Positions 8,027-15,313 of a DNA stretch of 15,313 nt are shown piece by piece. Numbering within the stretch: position 1 is the stretch's first letter; every line of letters starts with the position of its first letter. The stretch spans positions 2,639 through 17,951 of the forward strand of contig JAOPTX010000065.1 in NCBI GenBank assembly GCA_051532055.1, given 5' to 3'. A program made the translations under genes and the position numbers. The stretch comes from Fibrobacterales bacterium. GTDB taxonomy: Bacteria > Fibrobacterota > Fibrobacteria > Fibrobacterales > JAOPTW01. The notes beneath the pieces are model-generated. The model saw nothing but the letters and a program-made list of their open reading frames with translations. It made no database searches and was not told the origin of the DNA.

Positions 8027-8110
8027 ATGCTTGAAGATGATGAAGACTTTGATGAACTCGAAGATGAGTTTTCGTACGATCACAACCCAAATGACCTCGA
8101 TCGGAATTAA
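8027..8110 (+). CDS. Candidate 27-aa highly acidic small protein MLEDDEDFDELEDEFSYDHNPNDLDRN
   Basis: AGGGAGA RBS just before ATG 8027; 13 of 27 residues are D/E; the stop codon runs into a 14-bp hairpin. Confidence 0.5.
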   Translation: MLEDDEDFDELEDEFSYDHNPNDLDRN

Positions 8111-8141
8111 AGCCTCACTCCCAATAAGGAGTGAGGCTTTA
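8108..8141. terminator. Bidirectional terminator-like hairpin between the small ORF and the GH5 gene
   Basis: TAAAGCCTCACTCC-caataa-GGAGTGAGGCTTTA, a perfect 14-bp stem. Confidence 0.85.
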
Positions 8142-8147
8142 TGATAC

Positions 8148-9881
8148 CTACTGTTTTACGACGCGAACAACCGCTGTAGCTTGAGACACTTCTTTCGGCA
8201 ACTGAACACTATTATTACCTTGCTCAAGGTAGTGATTACCAAGATCAGCTAATTTCTCACCCGTCACAGCCCATACTGTCACTTGATAGTGACCAGATTG
8301 AGCCATTCCAAGTGATACTGTTTGACCATTTAATAGAATAGCTGCAATTCCTACATGAGAAGACCCCTTTACCTTTTGAGTAATTATAGGTATCACACCA
8401 TCACTACTAGAACTATTATCATCACTATCCGATACCTTCTTTTGGCTACTAGAACTTTTATCATCATCACCATCATCATAATCATCAGCTTTTTGGCCAC
8501 TAGAGTCATCATCAGCTTTATCATCCGAACCCTTGGAAGAACTTGCATGATCTTCATTTGTATCATCTGCAGATGAAGGCTTTTCATCTTTATCTTCAGA
8601 TGATTCAGGAGCTGCCTGAGCACCAATCACAACAGTATGTACTGATTTCGATTTAGAACCCTGCCCATCTTTTACGGTAAGCCCAAATGTGTATGTCCCT
8701 TCTGCAAGATTGGTAATTTCAGTAGTTTCACCTGTTGCATTTCCAATTTTAGCCTCTGCGGCTGATTTTTTAAACCAACTAAAAGAAAAAGGTCCTGCAC
8801 CACCACCGTAATCAGCTTCAAGAGTTACTGTCGTATTAGGTGATGCAACACTATATTTTTTATCATAGGCCATAAATTCATCTGGAATTGCACGCGTTGC
8901 ACCGGTTCTCCAATCGGCAATCTCTTTCCAAGTACTGAGAAGGTTTTTAATATACCCATCGGCCTGCCCTGAGTTGCCCCAAATTGCAGATGACTGCCCA
9001 TCACTATGTATGGACCACATAGCCGATGACCATCCAAACCTATCTAAAATCGCATGCCATTCATCGGCACTTTCACCATCAAATGTACTGCCACCTTGCC
9101 CACCATCAGAATGTGATGTTCCCCATTCTGAAACAAAAATTGGCAGCTCTTGCTTAATAGCTACGTTAAAATTCCCACCCAACCAGTCATCGTCTACCTT
9201 GTGACTATAAGAATAAAAGTGCATCGCATACGCAAGGTTATTTGCCGGGTCAATAACTGGATCTTCTTTGATACCATCAAAAATCTGATCAAACTTTGGG
9301 GTACCCATGATAATGAGGTTATCAGAACCCGCGTCACGAATATGTTTGACAATAGCATTACCATAATCTCTGACAGGTCCCCAATCCTCGGTATCTGGCT
9401 CATTATAGACTTCAAAAATAACATGATCATTATTACCATATTTATTCACTGCATTCGTGAAAAACTCTTTCGCCTCACTCAGTTCTTCATGAGCATGATG
9501 TGCATGAAAATCGATTATTATATAGATACCACGCTTAATACACTGATCGATCACCGCTGCAGCATCATTGAGATTTGCTCGTTTACCGCCACGAGATGTT
9601 GAAACAGGGACCCTTAAAACTTCAGCACTATAATCATCAACCATTATATCGACAACACCAGCATTCCACTGTGATTGACCACCCCATTGATTCCAAAAAA
9701 AGCTCAAACCCTTAACTTGTACCAATGACTCTTTATATTTGTCCGAAGATCCAACAAAATAACGTCCACTCACTTTCATCTCACCATACACATCCACCGG
9801 CCCTTCAGCTGATGATGTAGAAAACCCTATGAGAGTGACAATTATTGCATATGTTATTCGCTTTATTTTGTTCTGAATCAT
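8148..9881 (-). CDS. Secreted glycoside hydrolase family 5 endoglucanase (GH5_2-like) with PKD/Ig-like domain, Ser/Asp-rich linker and C-terminal sorting-like domain
   Basis: Signal peptide ending STSSA; QVKGLSFFW, IYIIIDFHAH, FEVYNEP (acid/base), AMHFY, IFVSEWG (nucleophile); PKD-like FSW...NLAEGTYTFGLTVKD; linker 8397-8609; C-terminal ~70 aa with YQVTVWAVTGEKL. Confidence 0.92.
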   Translation of the reverse strand: MIQNKIKRITYAIIVTLIGFSTSSAEGPVDVYGEMKVSGRYFVGSSDKYKESLVQVKGLSFFWNQWGGQSQWNAGVVDIMVDDYSAEVLRVPVSTSRGGKRANLNDAAAVIDQCIKRGIYIIIDFHAHHAHEELSEAKEFFTNAVNKYGNNDHVIFEVYNEPDTEDWGPVRDYGNAIVKHIRDAGSDNLIIMGTPKFDQIFDGIKEDPVIDPANNLAYAMHFYSYSHKVDDDWLGGNFNVAIKQELPIFVSEWGTSHSDGGQGGSTFDGESADEWHAILDRFGWSSAMWSIHSDGQSSAIWGNSGQADGYIKNLLSTWKEIADWRTGATRAIPDEFMAYDKKYSVASPNTTVTLEADYGGGAGPFSFSWFKKSAAEAKIGNATGETTEITNLAEGTYTFGLTVKDGQGSKSKSVHTVVIGAQAAPESSEDKDEKPSSADDTNEDHASSSKGSDDKADDDSSGQKADDYDDGDDDKSSSSQKKVSDSDDNSSSSDGVIPIITQKVKGSSHVGIAAILLNGQTVSLGMAQSGHYQVTVWAVTGEKLADLGNHYLEQGNNSVQLPKEVSQATAVVRVVKQ

Positions 9882-10179
9882 GCAGAACTCCTGTATAAAA
9901 AAATGTCTCTTCGAGTTGCATATCTTTTTAGATGCCGCTCGCTAATATATTCCCCAATACTCCCAGACCATATCAATGAACCACATAGTGACACTTTCAA
10001 AAACTGATCACATATAGTATATATTTGTCTACACTTAGTGTCAATCGACACCTTAAAAAAAGAGGCTTTAATCAGGATATTTTACCTTAATTGGTGAACA
10101 TATTGGCTAAATAGCACAACATTGGTCATTAACTAAAGAAATAGGCAAGGAGATAACTTGGATAACAGGAGCCTATTGA

Positions 10180-11043
10180 TTGTCATCGTTATCAAGAAAC
10201 AATAGCGCCAATGACCTACAGAGTTATTTGACAACAAATCAAGGACTTACAACAATTGATACGGTTATTTTGCTTTTGAATAGCATCATTGCAAAACCAA
10301 CATTCAGTTTTTTGATAATGTGGGTAGTTATTATTATGCTTCCCTTTTTGGCAGAGACAGAGGGATGGGAGTGGTTTGCTTGGGCCAAACGATATACTAT
10401 TCTTGGAACGGCACTCGCTATTACGTGGCTCTATCGCAGAGCAATACTCTTTCCAGAACTCCGCAATCAAACTCTTCGCATTAGTACAACCTGTTTGTTT
10501 TTAATTACCATTGCCAATGTATTAGAAATCGTTATTATTGATTTACTTACAGGCAATATAATCAACAGTATTTTACTGGGCTTTATCACCCTCTTTGTAC
10601 CCCTCAAATGGGTGTATAATAGAGAAGAGGCTGCAATTGCCTTTCATGACCCAGCGTGGTGTATCGCCAGCTCTATTTGTTTTGGGTACACATATTTTTT
10701 CAACCTGGCCTTTAATAATAGTGCACTCGCAGCACAGCTCATTTTACTCATTGCATTTATTGGAATTTTCCTAATGAGAGACTGGCTCTACTGGGGGCCC
10801 TATCATATCTTTTATATCACAACTTTTGTAATCATCGACTCCATATTTCCAAATGCTTTTACCCTTGTTCTCTTTCCTTCATTTTGGCATCCAGAGAATC
10901 ACTTGCTTTTTCAAAATACATGGTTAGAATATATGTGGCTTTTAACAGGAATCATTGCTGTGGTGATACTACTAATTATTCGATTAAGAAACGTATTGTC
11001 ACGGGACAGCACACCTATCAACATTTGCACAAACAACAGCTGA
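10180..11043 (+). CDS. Polytopic integral membrane protein, possibly DUF5692-like
   Basis: About 8-9 hydrophobic helices; WFAWAKRY and ANVLE..D...GN..N recall DUF5692-type proteins (from memory, unverified). TTG start after AGGAG; start uncertain. Confidence 0.65.
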   Translation: MSSLSRNNSANDLQSYLTTNQGLTTIDTVILLLNSIIAKPTFSFLIMWVVIIMLPFLAETEGWEWFAWAKRYTILGTALAITWLYRRAILFPELRNQTLRISTTCLFLITIANVLEIVIIDLLTGNIINSILLGFITLFVPLKWVYNREEAAIAFHDPAWCIASSICFGYTYFFNLAFNNSALAAQLILLIAFIGIFLMRDWLYWGPYHIFYITTFVIIDSIFPNAFTLVLFPSFWHPENHLLFQNTWLEYMWLLTGIIAVVILLIIRLRNVLSRDSTPINICTNNS

Positions 11044-11088
11044 GTAACCGCGCGCAAGTACTTCATCAGCCCAATATCCCCTGCAGTT

Positions 11089-11274
11089 ATGCCTATTGCG
11101 GAGTATTTAGCAGAAGCTGAGAATCTCACTCTCATGGCCCACCGCTATGGAGTCTATCATGATTTTAAAATGGTTGAACCCGATCTGAGTGACCGTATAG
11201 ATGATCAGATACTTGCTCTTAAAAAAACTGAGCATACCTTTACCATAGAGCAACACTCTCTTATATTTAAATGA
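11089..11274 (+). CDS. Small hypothetical ORF or gene fragment, in frame with the preceding gene
   Basis: 61 aa with protein-like composition and no clear RBS; fills the gap to the convergent gene. The frame is open from 11044. Confidence 0.3.
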   Translation: MPIAEYLAEAENLTLMAHRYGVYHDFKMVEPDLSDRIDDQILALKKTEHTFTIEQHSLIFK

Positions 11275-11289
11275 TAATTTTGAAAGACC

Positions 11290-12120
11290 CTACTCATACT
11301 TCTGCGCCAAACGCCCACCCGCACCAAAGCTCTCAACGGGACGCAAGTCATTCCACGAATCCTGGCACCAGTTCGTAGTGAATTCAGGAGCATACCGAGT
11401 ACCTTCTTCTTGACATGAAGCAATCTTCTCAGTTTCATAGGTACTCTTCTTCCAGTAGTACCCTACCTCTAAAATACCTGTTGTCGTATGAAGATCAAAT
11501 GAGTCATCCATGGTGACACAGTTATAATGAATCTCAGTAATTTTATAGCCATCAAAATTTCTCCGCACAACCCCTTTCAATAGATCGAGACTTCGTTTAA
11601 CCTGAGCATCAAATTCGGGTTCATCACTACATCCATTAATGGAGAGCACACCCTTAAAGGTGTATGTCCCAAAATAGGCAGTTTGTCGTATAGGAGAAAA
11701 AGGGTCGGGAGTAATTTCAGGAATATCCTTAAAAATACTTTCGAGTGTCTTCTCAAGAGCACGCACTTTATTTGTGGTCATGTATGAATCAATCAGGGAA
11801 ATAGTGTGACCACTTCTCCCATGCTGAAGCCCAAACTCTTTGTAGCGCATCTCTCTTGGCTGGCTCAACCCAGTCCCGAGGGCATAGAGTGTATATTCAC
11901 GATAGAGATGCTCCAACTCATCGGAATTAATATTAACAAGCAATGAATGGGTCGGTGCTACCTCTGCAACTGTAGCAGCAAGCTGAGTTCGATACTGTTC
12001 AGCAAAATTATCTGGTGATTGACGCACTGCCTGTTCACTTGCTGCGCAAGACGTAAGTTGGGCAAGTACCATAATAGAAAGTAATCTGCATGCCCATTTT
12101 TTATAAGTGCTGTAGTTCAT
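11290..12120 (-). CDS. Hypothetical lipoprotein (276 aa)
   Basis: Starting at ATG 12120 gives MNYSTYKKWACRLLSIMVLAQLTSC, a typical lipoprotein signal with LTSC lipobox; the longer TTG start at 12177 is less plausible. Confidence 0.7.
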   Translation of the reverse strand: MNYSTYKKWACRLLSIMVLAQLTSCAASEQAVRQSPDNFAEQYRTQLAATVAEVAPTHSLLVNINSDELEHLYREYTLYALGTGLSQPREMRYKEFGLQHGRSGHTISLIDSYMTTNKVRALEKTLESIFKDIPEITPDPFSPIRQTAYFGTYTFKGVLSINGCSDEPEFDAQVKRSLDLLKGVVRRNFDGYKITEIHYNCVTMDDSFDLHTTTGILEVGYYWKKSTYETEKIASCQEEGTRYAPEFTTNWCQDSWNDLRPVESFGAGGRLAQKYE

Positions 12121-12330
12121 TTTAAAACCAATTCTAAAGAAGTGGCCTATTGTATCCTTATAAAAATAAGGAAGCAACGAGGAAAATACATGTATTGAGA
12201 AACTTTAAGTCTTTTAGGAGGAGGGAGTTACAAATGCTTTTCCCAATGTAATTTAGAGAACTCTTTACTTGCACAGTGTAATAAAGTATCGTATACTACC
12301 CGATTCTTCTCTCACACATCTGAGGGAAAT

Positions 12331-13473
12331 TCACCCCAAAACCATCTCATATATTCTATTCGGTGCACGCTTTTCAGAGAATAACTCCAGCGCTTCACCT
12401 TCAGTCAGTGATCGCTTTAACCGTATAGCGGATTGATGAATCAACTGAAGCAACTGTTGTTGTATTATCTGATCATATTCCAACTTCTGCTCTGTAAGCA
12501 ACTGAGCAATAGAACTCAATCCACTATGTTTCCCAAAAACCAATTGAGTCTTTGAAGCACCAATATCTGACTGAGTAAAGAGCTGATAGCTCTGAGAGTT
12601 TTTTGCCTGGGCATAAGTATGTAATCCCGATTCATGTTGCAACACTGCCGCTCCTGCAATTGGTTTATCGACAGGCAGGGACCGACCACTTGAACGAGCA
12701 ACAGTATGGGAGAGATCATAGAGATACTGAGCATGATAGCTATCCGTTTTGCCATAACTCAGACGCGCACCAAGAATCACTTCTGCGAGAGAAGCATTTC
12801 CCGCACGTTCACCGATCCCATTAACGGTAACCGAACAAGCATCTGCGCCACTCGTAATTGCCGTCAACGAGTTTGCTGTTGCCATCCCCAGATCATTATG
12901 CCCATGAAATTCTAATAATAGATCGGATACCCGTCCTTTTAAATCAGCAAACAGATCGATAACTTGGGCTGGATTGAGAGAACCAACTGTATCGGCGATA
13001 CGAACACGGAAGGCACCTGACTGTTCTGCCGCCTCAAGGTACCGATAGAGAAACTCTCTATTGGTACGGCCGGCATCCTGGGCCCCGAGCGAGACATACG
13101 GGAACTGGTCTCGGGCATATGACACCAGTTCAGGAAGGTGCCCCAGTATATCTCGCTCGCTTAGGCCTAGGTTTGCTCGGTGAATAGTCGAAGTGGAGAA
13201 GCTGATATGGACCCCATCAGTACCACATTCAGCTGCCGCATCTATATCACCGATCCGACCTCTACACCAACTGGAAGTACGAAAATGAAACCCCTGGTGC
13301 AGTAGCTCGTTAATATCTTCTCTTTCACCCTCACCCATAATAGGGGTTCCGATCTCAACCTCATCAACACCCACTGCATCAAGCATACGGGCTATGGAGA
13401 GTTTTTCATCTACTGAGAAAATTACTCCGGGTGCTTGCTCACCATCACGCAGTGTTGTATCAACCAGGTACAT
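12331..13473 (-). CDS. nifV: Homocitrate synthase
   Basis: DRE-TIM motifs DTTLRDGEQAPG, EFHGHNDLGMATANS, VNGIGERAGNA, HESG, GKHSG; 380 aa without a LeuA regulatory domain; downstream of nifB. Confidence 0.9.
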   Translation of the reverse strand: MYLVDTTLRDGEQAPGVIFSVDEKLSIARMLDAVGVDEVEIGTPIMGEGEREDINELLHQGFHFRTSSWCRGRIGDIDAAAECGTDGVHISFSTSTIHRANLGLSERDILGHLPELVSYARDQFPYVSLGAQDAGRTNREFLYRYLEAAEQSGAFRVRIADTVGSLNPAQVIDLFADLKGRVSDLLLEFHGHNDLGMATANSLTAITSGADACSVTVNGIGERAGNASLAEVILGARLSYGKTDSYHAQYLYDLSHTVARSSGRSLPVDKPIAGAAVLQHESGLHTYAQAKNSQSYQLFTQSDIGASKTQLVFGKHSGLSSIAQLLTEQKLEYDQIIQQQLLQLIHQSAIRLKRSLTEGEALELFSEKRAPNRIYEMVLG

Positions 13474-13505
13474 CGGGATTCCTTTTTATTGAGTTACGAA
13501 GCATA

Positions 13506-13805
13506 TTACATTACAAACTCTTCGCAGATTTCACCCTCTTCAACACAGTCTAGGATCTTATCAAGGGCTTCTTCATCGACATTGGCATACCATACATTTT
13601 GAGGTTGCACAATAACAATGGGTCCTTTTTCGCAGGCTTTCACACAGCCAGTGCTCGACACCATGCCATCAATACCACGATCAACGATCTCTTCCTCCAG
13701 TGTTGCCAATAGGCTTACTGCATCTTTACGGTTACAGACTCCCTGAGGGTCTCCAGATACTCTAAATGAGTTACATACAAAAAAATGATATTCGGGCTTG
13801 TTCAT
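13506..13805 (-). CDS. Thioredoxin-like [2Fe-2S] ferredoxin, nif-associated
   Basis: Cys11, Cys24, Cys54, Cys58 (FFVC..GVC..TGCVKACEKGP..VWY), similar spacing to the Clostridium pasteurianum 2Fe ferredoxin; ATGA overlap with the upstream gene; AGGAGG RBS. Confidence 0.9.
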   Translation of the reverse strand: MNKPEYHFFVCNSFRVSGDPQGVCNRKDAVSLLATLEEEIVDRGIDGMVSSTGCVKACEKGPIVIVQPQNVWYANVDEEALDKILDCVEEGEICEEFVM

Positions 13806-14143
13806 AGCTCCTCCTTTTGAATTGCTCTTACGATGTCTAATATTTTTCCGTCAAAAATTATTGGGATGATTCCTGCCTCATGAAGTTTCAGAGCAGGTGT
13901 TTTTCCAATCTTACTTACGATCACTTTATCACAGTCATTAATACACTGCTTAACCTTTTCAAATCGAGCGGCATTGAACGGGTGATTATGCGTAGCAATT
14001 GCACGAGGGTCAGCATAAGACTCTACCCCTCGGCGTTCTTTTTGTGCAGTATGCTTTTTGATACTATAGATGACAAAACTTTCTGTCTGACCAAAGTGCA
14101 TATCCACATCAAAGCCATTTTTAGTTGCGACTGCTATTTTCAT
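13802..14143 (-). CDS. Stand-alone NifB/NifX-family FeMo-cofactor precursor-binding protein
   Basis: MKIAVAT...VDMHFGQTESFVIY and DCDKVIVSKIG..P...L..AGI are NifX/NifB/NafY domain motifs; 113 aa. Confidence 0.85.
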   Translation of the reverse strand: MKIAVATKNGFDVDMHFGQTESFVIYSIKKHTAQKERRGVESYADPRAIATHNHPFNAARFEKVKQCINDCDKVIVSKIGKTPALKLHEAGIIPIIFDGKILDIVRAIQKEEL

Positions 14144-14201
14144 TGATTACTCCGCTCTTTAATATAAGTCCCCATTAATAGCAGAACTCATATTTTTAAA
14201 A

Positions 14202-15313
14202 CTAGTTACACCCCATTCCATCACCACCACACTCAGTGCCACACTCAAAGACATCACGCTTTTTGGTAACGAGCTTTTGCCCGTTGTACATTCTATCAAG
14301 AGCCTCTTCAATAAGACCTGATGTTTCCATCACCTGCACACCCGATTTTTCAAGTATCTCTAGGGGCTTAGGACCGACACCACTGACAAGAACAGCACGA
14401 CAATCTTTTAACGTCTCAGCCATTGTATTCCATCGTGAGTCACCCAGCCCGGTCTGTGGTGTTTTTCTGAGGTCAAACACACGGTACCCCTCTTCGTACT
14501 GCTCACAGATATGGAGGGTATCAGCTTCACCCAGATGACAGTTGATCAAAATCCCTTCGTGGGTTGCCACTGCAACATACGGTCTATCATCTTTATGTGC
14601 ACCCACAGCCACCTCTTGTAGTAGAGCGAGCATCTCTTGATTGTCATGCCCCAGTTTACCAACCGCATCAGCTCTACAGCGATTGCAGTGATCCATTGGT
14701 TCAATATATTTTGCGATTTCGCACTTGAGACGGCTCATATCTTCATGAGACGGCTCCTCAACATTTTCGAAAAAGCTGTTAGAGTTGGGGATAACCGGGA
14801 TACAGTTCATCAAATCGGCCCCATAACTCTTAACAACTTTGGCAACTTCAACGACATGCTTGTCGTTGACTCCGGGCATAATCACACTATTAATTTTTAC
14901 AGTCATACCACATGCTTTTAATTTTTCAAGTGCTTCAAACTGTTTTTGCATCATCAGCTCAGCAGCATCTAGCCCTCTATATATTTTCTTCTTGTAGCGT
15001 ACCCATGCATATATCTCACTGAGTATTACTGGATCAACAGCATTTATAGTCAGAGTTACATGGGAAACTCCAAGTTCTTTCAAACGCTCTATATGATCGG
15101 CCACATTAAGACCATTTGACGAGATACAGAAAATCATCTCTGGAAACTCACTCCGTATTAACTCGAGCGTCTCAAGTGTTTTTTCTGGTTCAGCCATAGG
15201 GTCTCCCGGCCCGGCGATACCAATAGTCGAGAGAGAAGAATCTTTTGCGGCAATCAGACGCACATATTCAAGAGCCTGACGCGGTTTGAGTACCACACTC
15301 GTCACTCCTGGAC
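14202..15313 (-). CDS. nifB: Nitrogenase cofactor biosynthesis radical SAM protein NifB with fused NifX-like domain, 5'-partial
   Basis: The frame continues to the window edge as ..PGVTS (NifB ESRPGVTS motif); IAGPGDP, SSNGL, HVTLTIN, HCNRCRADAVG; C-terminal VAVAT..G..INCHLGEA domain. The SAM CxxxCxxC motif lies outside the window. Confidence 0.95.
   Translation of the reverse strand, partial: PGVTSVVLKPRQALEYVRLIAAKDSSLSTIGIAGPGDPMAEPEKTLETLELIRSEFPEMIFCISSNGLNVADHIERLKELGVSHVTLTINAVDPVILSEIYAWVRYKKKIYRGLDAAELMMQKQFEALEKLKACGMTVKINSVIMPGVNDKHVVEVAKVVKSYGADLMNCIPVIPNSNSFFENVEEPSHEDMSRLKCEIAKYIEPMDHCNRCRADAVGKLGHDNQEMLALLQEVAVGAHKDDRPYVAVATHEGILINCHLGEADTLHICEQYEEGYRVFDLRKTPQTGLGDSRWNTMAETLKDCRAVLVSGVGPKPLEILEKSGVQVMETSGLIEEALDRMYNGQKLVTKKRDVFECGTECGGDGMGCN

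Noticed and set aside
8355..8626. ORFs and TCA/TCATCA tandem repeats in the GH5 gene
   Set aside because: Explained by the Asp/Ser low-complexity linker codons.
11041..11080. Selenocysteine insertion at TGA 11041
   Set aside because: No stable SECIS-like hairpin and no redox-motif context.
12178..12330. NifA UAS / sigma-54 promoter or terminator after nifV
   Set aside because: No TGT-N10-ACA or TGGCAC-N5-TTGC match seen; the 12308-12329 hairpin lacks a T tract on the minus strand.
12331..13473. leuA or cimA instead of nifV
   Set aside because: Short length without a regulatory domain plus nifB context favour homocitrate synthase.
15303..15305. GTG 15305 as the nifB start
   Set aside because: It is the Val of the internal RPGVTS motif; the radical SAM N-terminus lies beyond the window.

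Overview
AT-rich bacterial chromosomal window with no rRNA, tRNA, CRISPR array or transposase seen. From left to right: the 3' part of a collagen-like/FISUMP (Fib_succ_major) surface-protein gene; a convergent PPi-dependent phosphofructokinase gene with a 109-nt hairpin at its 3' end; a three-gene + strand unit (lipoprotein, AcpH-like ACP phosphodiesterase, hypothetical protein); a fibro-slime protein with eight Cys/Asp-rich repeats; hpt; a membrane-anchored hypothetical protein; a candidate 27-aa acidic microprotein; a secreted GH5 endoglucanase; a polytopic membrane protein; a lipoprotein; and the distal end of a nitrogen-fixation cluster (nifB, NifX-like gene, thioredoxin-like [2Fe-2S] ferredoxin, nifV). 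FISUMP, fibro-slime, Ser-rich linkers and a C-terminal sorting-like domain together suggest (inference) a Fibrobacterota-like cellulolytic organism with nif genes. No complete novel multi-gene system can be shown from this window. The best leads are the strand-asymmetric long hairpin, the acidic microprotein, the cellulase/nif co-occurrence, the 2x4 repeat architecture and an open frame continuing past a TGA stop.
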